Notes under the pieces: generated by a model
Databases searched by the model: none
Told to the model about the DNA's origin: nothing
What the model saw: only the letters and a program-made list of their open reading frames with translations
Program-made: the position numbers and the translations under genes
Shown here: positions 9,806 to 20,000 of the stretch, one piece after another
How the letters are laid out: the number at the start of each line of letters is the position of its first letter
Position numbering within the stretch: the stretch's first letter is position 1
NCBI RefSeq assembly: GCF_000181795.1
Contig: NW_003526948.1
Span: forward strand, 2,340,820-2,360,819
Length of the DNA: 20,000 bases
Source: Trichinella spiralis
Lineage: Eukaryota
Direction: 5' to 3'

Positions 9806-12659
9806 TTAATCGGCAGACGGTTTACGTGGTGATCTGAATACGAATTTTCTCGATTTCATATAACTCCATTGATGTCGTTTCCAATAATAAATAATCGCTG
9901 CAATTGGCGGGATCATGACCAACAGCTAAAATTTACAAACTGTTATGACATTACAGTTGCACACTGACCATTACAATTATGAACAGGAATAGTAATAGTA
10001 ATAATAAATAAATAAATAAACATAGCAACGAATAATGTACAGCTGACACAAACCACGTTGAAAATTTCAAATCTACTTGACTAATATTTTAACGATATTT
10101 TTGAACGTACTTTGAATGCCCAACGCTTGCGGATATCGTGTTCCGGTTCGGACGCCCATTTCAAAAAGCACGCTACGTCTTTTGCCATTTGACTTTGTGT
10201 TGCAGGGGTTCCTAAAATTGAACAGCATATCACAATCAAACAATTAATTCGCTGATCATAAACGAACATCTTCGACTATTCCACTAATATGCAGTTGTTA
10301 ATTTTCACAGCATACTTATTTATGAATTTTTTTCAACAATATCAATCAATACTCACATATTTCCAAATAAAATTAAATGGAATTTTCACAAATAAATATC
10401 CACTTAAATATGCAAAGATTGTAATGAAAGTACAATCAAAATTTATATTGGATAAATATAACCCCAACATGAGAAATGGACCCCAAAAGGAAAACACACA
10501 TTCATACCATCCTCATATTCTAACATGTCGTCAAACAGCTGCTGAGTCATAGCAATTGCTGCGCCATTCGGAAAATATGGATTATATGCTTGATAAGATT
10601 CAACGGGAAAACCGGCTGGTGGTTCCATGTAGCCAGTCAAAAGCATGAATAAATAATCCTAAAAATCAAAAAAGTCAATACAAAATTAAATATAAAAATC
10701 ATCCAACATTAGAAAACAAAAGCTTCAAAATCTTAATGACAACCAAAATCAAATTGGCGAAGAATGAAAAAAATAACATTCGTTCATTTTTGTATTACAA
10801 TATTCTCACTTCTTGTACATTATAAAGAAAAGTTTCTTTTTCCTACCTCGCCTCCATGACGTGCCAATGTAATCAGAGAAAGATCCGGAGGCAGAGCGCC
10901 GTTATTAGCAAGGCGAGCGGCCACTTCATTTGGATACGGTTGTGGCAGATAATCAATAAGTTTACCAGGTCGCATGTACATTTTTCCGTCGTCACCGGGT
11001 CCATCTTCAACTTCAATCTAAAATTTCAAAATACCCACTGAAATCTCCTGAATGCATATAAAAACAACAACAACAAGGAACAAAAAAATATTCACTTCAG
11101 AAGCTTCACGTTTCGCTTCTTCTTCAGTCATAAAAACATTAACAAAATGTCTGTAAGAAATCTGCTTCATACTATGGCATGCAGCACATACTTGCTCGTA
11201 AACTTGATAACCACGACGTATACTACAAAATAAAAAAACAAATTTATTCCACTAATGCATAATTTGAAAACTGAAATAAACAAACGAGGCCGCATCGTAT
11301 GTCTTTAAAATGCCGCTGTGTGGCCAGTCCAAATGCGGTAGATGCAAGTGCAGGAAACTAGCTTCAGCTACATGATTAAGAGTGTAAAGCAAGCCAATGC
11401 CCACAACACTAGCAATACCAATCGCTATCGTGGGCTAAATTAAATGCTTACTGCATTAAATATTAACTTTTTTTCAAATAATAAGTTCATACCAAAGAGC
11501 TTTTGTTTTGGCCCGCTGCAAATGAACCAAACAACCTCTTTAACAATAAAAGCAAAAATGACATTTGAAAAAGTAATTAAATATACCATTATAATAAACA
11601 ATATTTCATACTGATTTGATATTACGGAAATTTTATGATCATTATATCATATATAAGAAATTATGAGAAAAAATCACTGATTTAACTTGACAATCTACAA
11701 AAGGTATAACGTACATTCCAAAGGCGAACAATAGAAGTAAAAATGAAAACAACAAAATGAGGAAAGCAAGCAATGCTAAAAAATTAAAGCAGGCTGTTTG
11801 CTTTAATGACAGTAAAATGATAATAAAAATAGCTTTATCTTACATTAAATGTATCAGTAATTGACAAGAAAAAAGAATTCAGTCTTTCAACTCAGTAATT
11901 GATAACGTTTTTTTCAAATCAGAAAATGTTGACAGTTAAAATCATCCATCTAAGCTCAGTAAAAACTGTAAAAACAACTAAAAAAATAAGCATCTGAAAA
12001 ATGAAAATCTTCAAATGTCACTTTGTCAGACGTCAATCCAGACACAATGCACAATTAAAATAAATATATTCCTTCTATCTAACACTTAGTAGAACAGTGA
12101 AATTGGGTCTACATTTAAGTAGCATTAAAATTAATAATTTCTAATCTAAGTGTAAAATTTAACCAAAATGAAACTGAATTAGTTTTTGGCCAGTCTTTTT
12201 TACTATTATATTTTTACTTCGTGGCAACTCTTTATTTACATGTTATTTTATTAAGAATTTGATCATGTTCATAAGAATCATGTTAATTTTATTAAGAAGC
12301 ATTAGTCAAAATTGTCCACTGAACAATATCAAATAACGTAGATGTTTAAGAAAATATTTTTAAAATTTTACGGGAAAAATGACAAAGCATAAGAGAAAGT
12401 ATGACAATGTTTTAAACTAGGCAAAACTGCAGAATGTTTTTCCCTTCGAAATACTTAGTCTTAACGTTTTCTTAAATAAAAAAATTCCAAAAATTATATT
12501 GAACTAAAGTTAAAACAAAACTAAAAAACGATCATGCCTAATTTAATAAGTCCTTAATGCTCGAATGGAAATTCTTACCGATGGAGAAATTTGAAGCAGT
12601 CTTTTGTAAGTCAAATCCAATCTATTGCAACCTTTGAAGGCATTAATCATCGCAACCAT
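9806..12659 (-). CDS. cyc-1: Cytochrome c1, heme protein, mitochondrial (complex III), 8 coding exons, 314 aa
   Basis: Minus-strand exons, phase-compatible: 12659-12579, 11537-11493, 11434-11286, 11222-11096, 11017-10847, 10658-10508, 10211-10111, 9925-9806 (945 nt). Motifs: [32 protein letters not shown] (CxxCH at 11174-11188), [62 protein letters not shown] (distal Met ligand), [35 protein letters not shown], and a C-terminal TM followed by [12 protein letters not shown]. The first two exons (presequence) are less certain than the mature-domain exons. Confidence 0.97.
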
Positions 12660-14417
12660 TCTAAAGAAACAAAATAAGTTGTAAAATACATTACTTAAGC
12701 AGTATAAGCAAAAATTACACTGTTCAGCATTTTCATAGAAAAATGTAAGTAAATGCGACAAAGAGAATAACATACTGATAACAATTCATATTATAATTTC
12801 AATATAAAAGGCAGATATGATTGGTCATAGGATCAACTGTTCGAGCAATTTACTGAATCTCAAAAAAAAAGAGAAAGAACATCAAAAATGAAAAAATTAT
12901 TAACACAGTACAACAGAGCTGCAATATGACAAACATTCAACATATTAATAATTAAGTGTTGTAAACTAATGAGAGAACATTCTTTTCGTTGTAATTGAAA
13001 GAATTCTAAACTGACATTAAGTGAAAACGGCTCGCCACCGCATACGGTTCGTTATACAATGATCCTTCACAAATGTCATCAGTGCATGCAAATTGTGAAA
13101 ATAACTAAAATTATTTTAGTCAAACACGGCGCATATACATAGCCTGTAACTAGCTCTCCTTTAGATACTGCTTTTCCAAAAATAATAAAAAGGATTTCAA
13201 ATATGCCTATTTCAAGATAATAAATTTCAGTCACTATTTCAAATTCTTCTAAACAGGTGGCTTAGTAACTCCAATACCGTAAGAAACAAATGAATATCAA
13301 GTGCAACTATTAGCTGCACTTCAACTTTAATTCGAGGTTTTAGTTACTTTAGTTAGTTTCTCCCACCCATTATTGTTAAAAACAAACAGTATTTATTTAG
13401 TTGTTCATTTTCACAAACTGTCATGCGTAATAATTTGCTATATGAAATGTAATCATTTTGCTTTAACTTTCATGATAATTTTTGAACTCACAACTCACAT
13501 GCAAACAACATTAATAAAAATCTGACAGCATCGTCTAACTGACCGAGAAGTGGGAACATTTAATGGCATGTTGGAAAGATGGACCTCTAATTTCACATAA
13601 TACTACTAAAAATACAGGCTTATGTTTAAGCGATATTAAACCTTTTAGTAGAATGTAAAATTCTTTCTTTTCACTAAGCATTATTAGATAAAAAAATTAC
13701 TTCAAAAATCAACAGAAGAAAATCTTAAATTTTATTTCATAAAAAAATATTTTTGTCTCACATTTTGAAGTTTTACGCTATTTCAGTTTCCAAACGCAAT
13801 TATTGCGCATAATCAAATAAATTATAGAAAACGTATAATACTTCCATTTTAATAACGGAAAGTAGTCAAGGTTACGTTTTTAAGAAATGTTTAGAATATT
13901 AAAAATATTATCACTAATACTATTATTATTATGATAAGCAATAATATCCAACAAAATTTTAACAAATACAGTGCTGAATGTACTGCGCATTTGCAATTTG
14001 GCGGCAGCAGCTAATAGAATTATAAGTACGTAAAACAGGTATTTTTACTTTTAACAGAATCAAAGGAATATCATTTCCAACAAACCACAGTAATGACTTG
14101 ATATAATTCTGCAAGAAATAAGAATGAGCAAATATAATTTTGTCATTAAACAGACAATTTCTTTTACAGATAATGCAAAACAAAGGCATCCCTGATTTCA
14201 GCAATTTTTAAACGCCAGACTTCATGCTGACCATCTAAAACTTTAATATCACGTATCTAATTACTTCAAAATTTTGTTCTTTAAAATAAACAACTTTATT
14301 AAAACGCACAGCAACTGAGTGCTTTAAACAATATCAAATTGTTTAAACTTACTGAGCTTGATATCAGCAGCAATTCAAATCTCAAAATCAGTTTGATCTG
14401 GTTTCTCCAAGCGACAA

Positions 14418-14474
14418 GTAAGTAAATAATCCAGTGATCATTTTTACAAGAAAAAAATTATTATTCTCTTTCAG
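14418..14474 (+). other. Probable 5'UTR intron of the orphan TM gene
   Basis: gtaagt...ttctctttcag, 57 nt, the same size class as the short introns of the neighbouring genes. Confidence 0.65.
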
Positions 14475-14476
14475 AA

Positions 14477-14992
14477 ATGGATATACTTAATACTTTAAAT
14501 GTGCCCAATCCATTGTCAATTCAAATTTTTGCTGTGGTGATTACTTTGGCAGGAACGGTTGGTTTGCTGTTAATTTGTTCGTGGTGTGGTAACAAGAATG
14601 AAAGCAAAGACAAAAATCCACCCCCTCCAGAGATGCTACAAACTGAGACTGATTGTTCGCGAACCTATTCCTCAACATACGCAACATACGTGTATACGCA
14701 GCAACAATCTATTCCAACGTTAGCGGCTACGCAATGCCATATTACGGTGTCCATGCCACCACCGGTATCTCCACCATCGATGGAATCTCCTGCATCGGAT
14801 GCATTACCAGTTGTGACTGAAACTTTATCGCCTGAAGCAAACTCAGCTCCTGCAACTGTTAACAAAGTTGATCTTGAGATGCAAAGTTGGGCCCAGGGCG
14901 AGTCCGCGTTGGACACAATGGCTAATGTCCCATCCATTACCCGCAGTTATGCAGAACGACTTCAAAATAGCTTAAATAAGAATTTTTTCTAG
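14477..14992 (+). CDS. Uncharacterised 171-aa single-pass membrane protein (N-terminal TM, CxxC, Pro/Ser/Thr/Tyr-rich tail)
   Basis: A 516-nt ORF that is clearly GC-richer than its flanks. The ATG sits 2 nt after a strong acceptor (ttctctttcag, ends 14474), with a matching gtaagt donor at 14418 (57-nt 5'UTR intron). Residues ~15-33 are hydrophobic and are followed by CSWC and charged residues. AATAAA at 15278-15283. Confidence 0.8.
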   Translation: MDILNTLNVPNPLSIQIFAVVITLAGTVGLLLICSWCGNKNESKDKNPPPPEMLQTETDCSRTYSSTYATYVYTQQQSIPTLAATQCHITVSMPPPVSPPSMESPASDALPVVTETLSPEANSAPATVNKVDLEMQSWAQGESALDTMANVPSITRSYAERLQNSLNKNFF

Positions 14993-15277
14993 CTGCTTCG
15001 TTTTTTCCTCTACTCACTAGACATTTATTGTCAATTATTTCATCACATTCATTAACTTCAGTTTTTTCCTATTTTTATGTTTCAAATATTCTTTAACTCA
15101 TTATTTGTACAAGCAAAATTACAGTCATTAGTTTTCGTGCTTTTCTGCAATGATATATTTCACCATGTATTGTATAATATAGTAAATCACTTTTGTCCGG
15201 TAATCAATGTTTCAGGCATTTTCCAGACAATGTGCTTTCTTTCGGCATTAATCAATTAGTTAATATTATTTTCTCAC

Positions 15278-15283
15278 AATAAA
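15278..15283 (+). promoter_or_regulatory. Candidate polyadenylation signal of the orphan TM gene
   Basis: AATAAA about 285 nt after the stop, following a T-rich, 3'UTR-like stretch. Confidence 0.45.
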
Positions 15284-18038
15284 TTGCACAACTAAATTGC
15301 TCAAAGTGTTGGTTTTGAACATTTATTTTTATTTCATTTTATGGAGGGATATTTTTAAATTCAAAGCATTTAATTTTTGCAATTCCACAATTTAAGTACC
15401 CATCTTTATTTTATTTGTTATTTCACTGACATATATGCAAATTCCAGTTCAATGCCATTGAAGATGTTTTCAATGATTTTACATTTAATTTTCAATACGT
15501 CAATGAATCAATGATTTATACTAATGCTGGAAATATTTTTTTGAGAAACAGTTACACATGACTGGAATATGAACTGCAACGAAGCACTTCTGACAAAGCA
15601 TTGTCCATTAAAAGGAAATTCTACCAAAATATTAAGTCGCTGCGTGCTTTTAATGATCAGCATCAATTGGGGAAATACCTCTTTGATTTCTATATAAAAG
15701 TATTTTGTAACATGCTAATTTTATGAACTATGATGGTAATTTTCTTTTTCTTTTAGTTTATACATTTATGCATTCAAAACACATATCTTTTGAAATTTTA
15801 TTTCAAAAACTGAATCTATTTGAAAATCCACTAGCGAGAAATCACAATTTGCGTATGGGAAATCATTTAACGCCGGCTCAGTGGAAAATCACGTGCCACG
15901 TTATGCTCATGTTGCGTAAGCTAAAATTGACTAAACCAGCGAAATATCAGATCAGAATGAATAAGAAACAAAACTACATCTGGGCGCGTTATAAATGCAG
16001 CTGCGAGAAGCAGGCGAGCAAAATGCTGTTTCGCGTTGGCTAATCTAGATGCTTTGCTCTTGTGCTTGTTGTATACAATGGAGATTGTTCCGTGTTCGTT
16101 AGCTTATTGTTGCTAGCAGAAAAATCTATCCGACACTTCGCTTGTGTTCTGTGAGAAATCGCTTCGATTCAAATCAGCATTACTAATAGTTGCTAATCAG
16201 AATTTAATTAGATCGTTTACGCGCATCATCTACAGTAAAAGTGAATTCTTGCTAGCAGAAGAGGTCATGGAATTCATCTCCTAACTCTATAAATATATGT
16301 ATACGTATATTAATTAACAATTTATATTTGTTTCTCAAGCAGTCTGAAGCAAGCATATAGGGCATTTATTGGGTATTGAAATCTGAGCCACAGTCATCCC
16401 TGTGGTAATCAGAAATTCAATTACCCACTTGTGCATGATTATCTTTTGCAATCAGATTTTGCTAGCTTTATTTCTCACAACTGTGTAATATGAGCACTGT
16501 CATGGACCTGTGAAATGTTAGCGTAAAAGTGTCGAACTTGCTCACTTTTAGTCAAATCATTTTTTCGACCGTTTTATTTTAATATAAAAGTAGTTATTGA
16601 TGTACACTTTATTTACTTCTTTACTAATGTTATTCAGTAGTTTAGCATACATTGCAATTCAATAAATGCTTGATGTGTGGTTCAGAGAACTTCGGGCTTG
16701 TTATCTACAATGAAGTTCTTAGGAAAGTGACTAAAATTAACTTGACTGCTTCACTAACTGAACTATTTGCTTTCAGCTGTACACACCATATATTATTATT
16801 TTAGTAAATGACAATCATTGTCAAAATTCAGTATTGGATAGTGTTCAGTATTTCACTGTGCTTACTATACTGGTGTTCATGCTTCCTACATGGGGATGAA
16901 AAACATTTTCGTAATCTCAATTTTCACAATTTTAACTTCCTTTTCAATTTTTGATGTTTTTGCACCTTTCTATTTTTTGATCAAACTTTGAAAATCGTTT
17001 CAATCTTCATATGCTTGATAATTCATACATTGCTACTTCATTTAATTTTATTCATTTTTCATGAATTTCAGTACTCAAGCTTGCCTTCACCCAATTGACG
17101 TTGCTCTACGTTATCAGTAGAAGTGAACGTTATGCAAATTTATTTCGCAATGCTATTCGCGTTGTAGTTGAGTTCATTGTTCGTTTGTAGTAAACGCAAC
17201 TTGCTGATGTGCAATGACCGCGCTGTTTAGCGTTTTCTCTGGAATGCAGAATGAAGCAGAATTTATTTATTTTATTTTTATTCCTTTAAAGTAGCTTGCT
17301 ATCAGCACGATGAATAGCTGGACATCAGCGACAGGAAAACGTCCATTTAGGTTTGTTGCGTTGTTGCGAGATATGTTACAATTGCCTGAAAATATAACTG
17401 AATCTGTTTAATATTTTCAATAAAAAATAGCGTAAAGCTAGAAAAATAAGTATGATGTTAATAAAGTATTGAACCTTCAAGTTTACTAGCATTTGTTTAT
17501 GTATTTCACATAAAATTCTCTGTACTGAGACTAATGTATTGTAAAAGAAGCACGTGGAGAATATTTTAATCTTTGATATGGATTTCCATTTCATTTACAT
17601 TTTTTGGGTTCAGTTATGCTAAATGGAATAATTTTACGTGAGGGTTGTTTTTCAAATATTCCAAACACCCTTCTTCAAACCAAGTCAGAAGCCTATGCTA
17701 GTCCTTATTTATCATATTGACGTCAGATAGCGTGCCCTCCTTTAGTAACATTTGAAGTAATTGTATTCTAGTGGCGTGAAGTGACTGAACATTCGGTAGT
17801 TTCATGATTAATCTAAATGTCCTTTCATGAAGCATATTTGGGATTTTTGTACATTTTCTTTTCTTTATATACAGATATTCTTGATACTATTTAAGCTTTC
17901 TGCTATTTTGAAAATATTTCAAGAACTACGCATCCGGATCGACAATGATACTCTTGTAGTTTAAATGGATGAATAGAAATGGAATAAATTTCTTCTAAAA
18001 TTGGCATATTGCCTATTTTCATACGTAGGAAGAATCCA

Positions 18039-18139
18039 NNNNNNNNNNNNNNNNNNNNNNNNNNNNNNNNNNNNNNNNNNNNNNNNNNNNNNNNNNNNNN
18101 NNNNNNNNNNNNNNNNNNNNNNNNNNNNNNNNNNNNNNN
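18039..18139. other. Assembly (scaffold) gap
   Basis: Run of about 100 N, typical of a gap of unknown size. Confidence 0.99.
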
Positions 18140-18364
18140 CACCTACTAGGTATTTCCGAAAGGAACGTGCGGTTCTTGGTTGCCTATTTCTCTAGATATT
18201 GGGAAAGAACTGGGAAGCTGACATGTGTATTAGGATAGGCAATGTGCCAGATTTAAAGACCATTTATTCTACAACTACTTTGTAATTTCCTTTGGAACTT
18301 TGAACAACACTATCAATAATCAATGCAAATAGTTATCAATCCAAAAAAGAGTGAATTTTGAAAA

Positions 18365-19925
18365 ATATTTTTCGCCTTCTTTCGAAAAAAAAGTTGATCT
18401 ATAGCCCATGAAATTTACAATATTCGACTTTATGGTCATCAGTCGATCAGTAATGATTAGAGAAGTATAACAAATTTACTCCCGCCGTTCCTAGTTGCAT
18501 AATTCTCGAGAAATCCTGAAAAAGTGGCTTGCATAAAGTGTAGAAAGCCATGCTGAAATGAACATCTGCTCAGCTATTGTGAGCATTGTTATGTTAATCC
18601 TTGCACTTCCAAATAAAGGAAGATCAACAGATTTATTACGTAAACTTTGTTGAATTTTTCAGCTAAAATAGACTTAAAATTTATTTCAAATAGTAAAATT
18701 TTAATCAAAATACTTAAAATTACATTAGCAACGCATATTTAAATCACAAAATATGAAATATCGATTTTGTGCTCAACATTTTTCCATATGTTTACGTTAA
18801 AACTATAGAAAATGTTTAGAAAAACGTAGTCGATTTGGACCCAGAAAAAGACTATAGACCTGAGTTTCGTAGCAAAATGTGCAGAATAGCGTGCTGCACT
18901 CAAGACTGTTATTTGTTTCACGAATTTTACAAAATAAGTCAACACGAAGAAAGAAACTGAAAAATGACGATCTTTTAACGAAAATGTTGTCGCATTTTTT
19001 GCCAATAAAACACTTTGAAATTATGAAAATTGAAAATGTTTGGATACCATCATGTACAGCATACTTTGCACTATCCAATAAAAGAAATTTCATAAAACTT
19101 GAACATACCTCCAGCTTTTTACACGTGTTTTTCTAAAGTGGGATGTGCCACATCCGAACAACCCACCAACGTATCTTTTATATTTACGATGTTCTGTAGA
19201 CTGAACAAAAATTCCTGGAACCTTTCAGCTTTTATCAAAATACGTCGTATTGTTTCAAAAGAGATGTCACAAAGCTTCATATTATAAAAATGAAAATTGA
19301 CAGAATGCAACGAAAAGAAAACCCCCTGGTGTGTGCTACAAACCAACAATCCATCAAAGGGTTAGCTATGCATTCCTTGCTAGGCAATGTGCTAACTTTA
19401 GAAGCCCATTGTTCCTCAACTACGGCACACACATCGCCCAAACTTTGCATATCATTATCATTTATCAATGTGAATTCCTAAAAAGCACAAAAAAGCTTAT
19501 TTTGAATAAAAGTTTTTCACCGTTTTTCAAAAGAAAGCAAGTCTATAGCCCATGAAATTTTGCAATTTTCGAGAAAATCCATGAAATCCAAAAATGGACT
19601 TAATAAATATCAATGGATCAGAAACAATGAGAGGGGTACAACAATCGCATTCAGGCAGTACTGCGTTGTCCATTTCTCGAGATATTGCGAAAGTACTGGG
19701 AAGATAACCTATGTATTGAGACCTATGCAATATTCCAAATTTAGAGGCCATTTATTCCACATTTACTGTGCCGTTTACAATGAAACTTTCCCTAAGATTA
19801 TCATTGATTACTGTAAATGTTTAACTAGCCAAAAACAGTGCATTTGGGGAAAAACGCTTTTCACCGATATGCACGGAAAAATACAGTATATAGCCCACGA
19901 AATTTTCTGAAACTTTCCAGGAAAA
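18365..19925. repeat. Degenerate interspersed/modular repeat region
   Basis: TCTATAGCCCATGAAATTT is identical at 18398-18416 and 19542-19560, with a variant TATAGCCCACGAAATTT at 19889-19905. Each copy is preceded ~22-23 nt upstream by TTTTC(A/G)CC. TTCTCGAGA-type modules also recur. Confidence 0.6.
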
Positions 19926-20000
19926 TACGATTTTTCTCTTGAAGAATGCAATTCATCGATTGCGACATTACAAGGAGCCACTAGATAATTTACTTCGGCT

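Noticed and set aside
11860..11960. Possible box C/D snoRNA in the long cyc-1 intron (minus-strand GGATGA...CTGA)
   Set aside because: Box C does not match RUGAUGA, and no terminal stem or guide complementarity was evident.
14665..14937. 90-aa minus-strand ORF
   Set aside because: Antisense to the better-supported + strand ORF 14477-14992.
15723..16043. 106-aa + ORF
   Set aside because: No recognisable domain, an AT-rich intron-like first half and no consistent exon chain.
17903..18195. ORFs spanning the N run
   Set aside because: Artefacts of translating through the assembly gap.
19141..19155. GGATGTG-C-CACATCC palindrome (and a similar small imperfect hairpin at 13299-13321)
   Set aside because: Arms of ~7 bp are expected by chance in 20 kb; no supporting context.
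18398..19905. Recurrent 17-19 nt motif as a CRISPR-like array
   Set aside because: Eukaryotic context, spacing of hundreds of nt, degenerate copies and no cas genes.

Overview
AT-rich eukaryotic genomic DNA with short GT-AG introns and TTTCAG/TTTTAG acceptors. It is almost certainly nematode, and the composition and intron style suggest a Trichinella-like clade I species (inference). Three protein-coding genes can be assembled by hand. (1) An 11-exon cuticlin (ZP-domain, CUT-1-like) gene lies on + at 5505-9237 (436 aa: signal peptide, ZP domain, basic cleavage site, C-terminal TM). (2) An 8-exon mitochondrial cytochrome c1 gene lies on - at 9806-12659 (314 aa, CAACH heme motif), convergent with the cuticlin. 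(3) An orphan with one coding exon lies on + at 14477-14992 (171 aa; N-terminal TM, CxxC, Pro/Ser/Tyr-rich tail), divergent from cyc-1. The rest is non-coding: GC-richer regulatory-looking islands (about 1040-1530, 4870-5450, 15830-16270), microsatellites, a scaffold gap of about 100 N (18039-18139) and a degenerate repeat region after the gap. Most ORF-track entries are spurious or exon fragments. I found no convincing novel multi-gene system. The best leads are the orphan adaptor-like membrane protein, a nested hairpin/Smad-site cluster at 1286-1377, and a duplicated octamer+Smad motif plus nuclear-receptor-like sites around the cuticlin gene.
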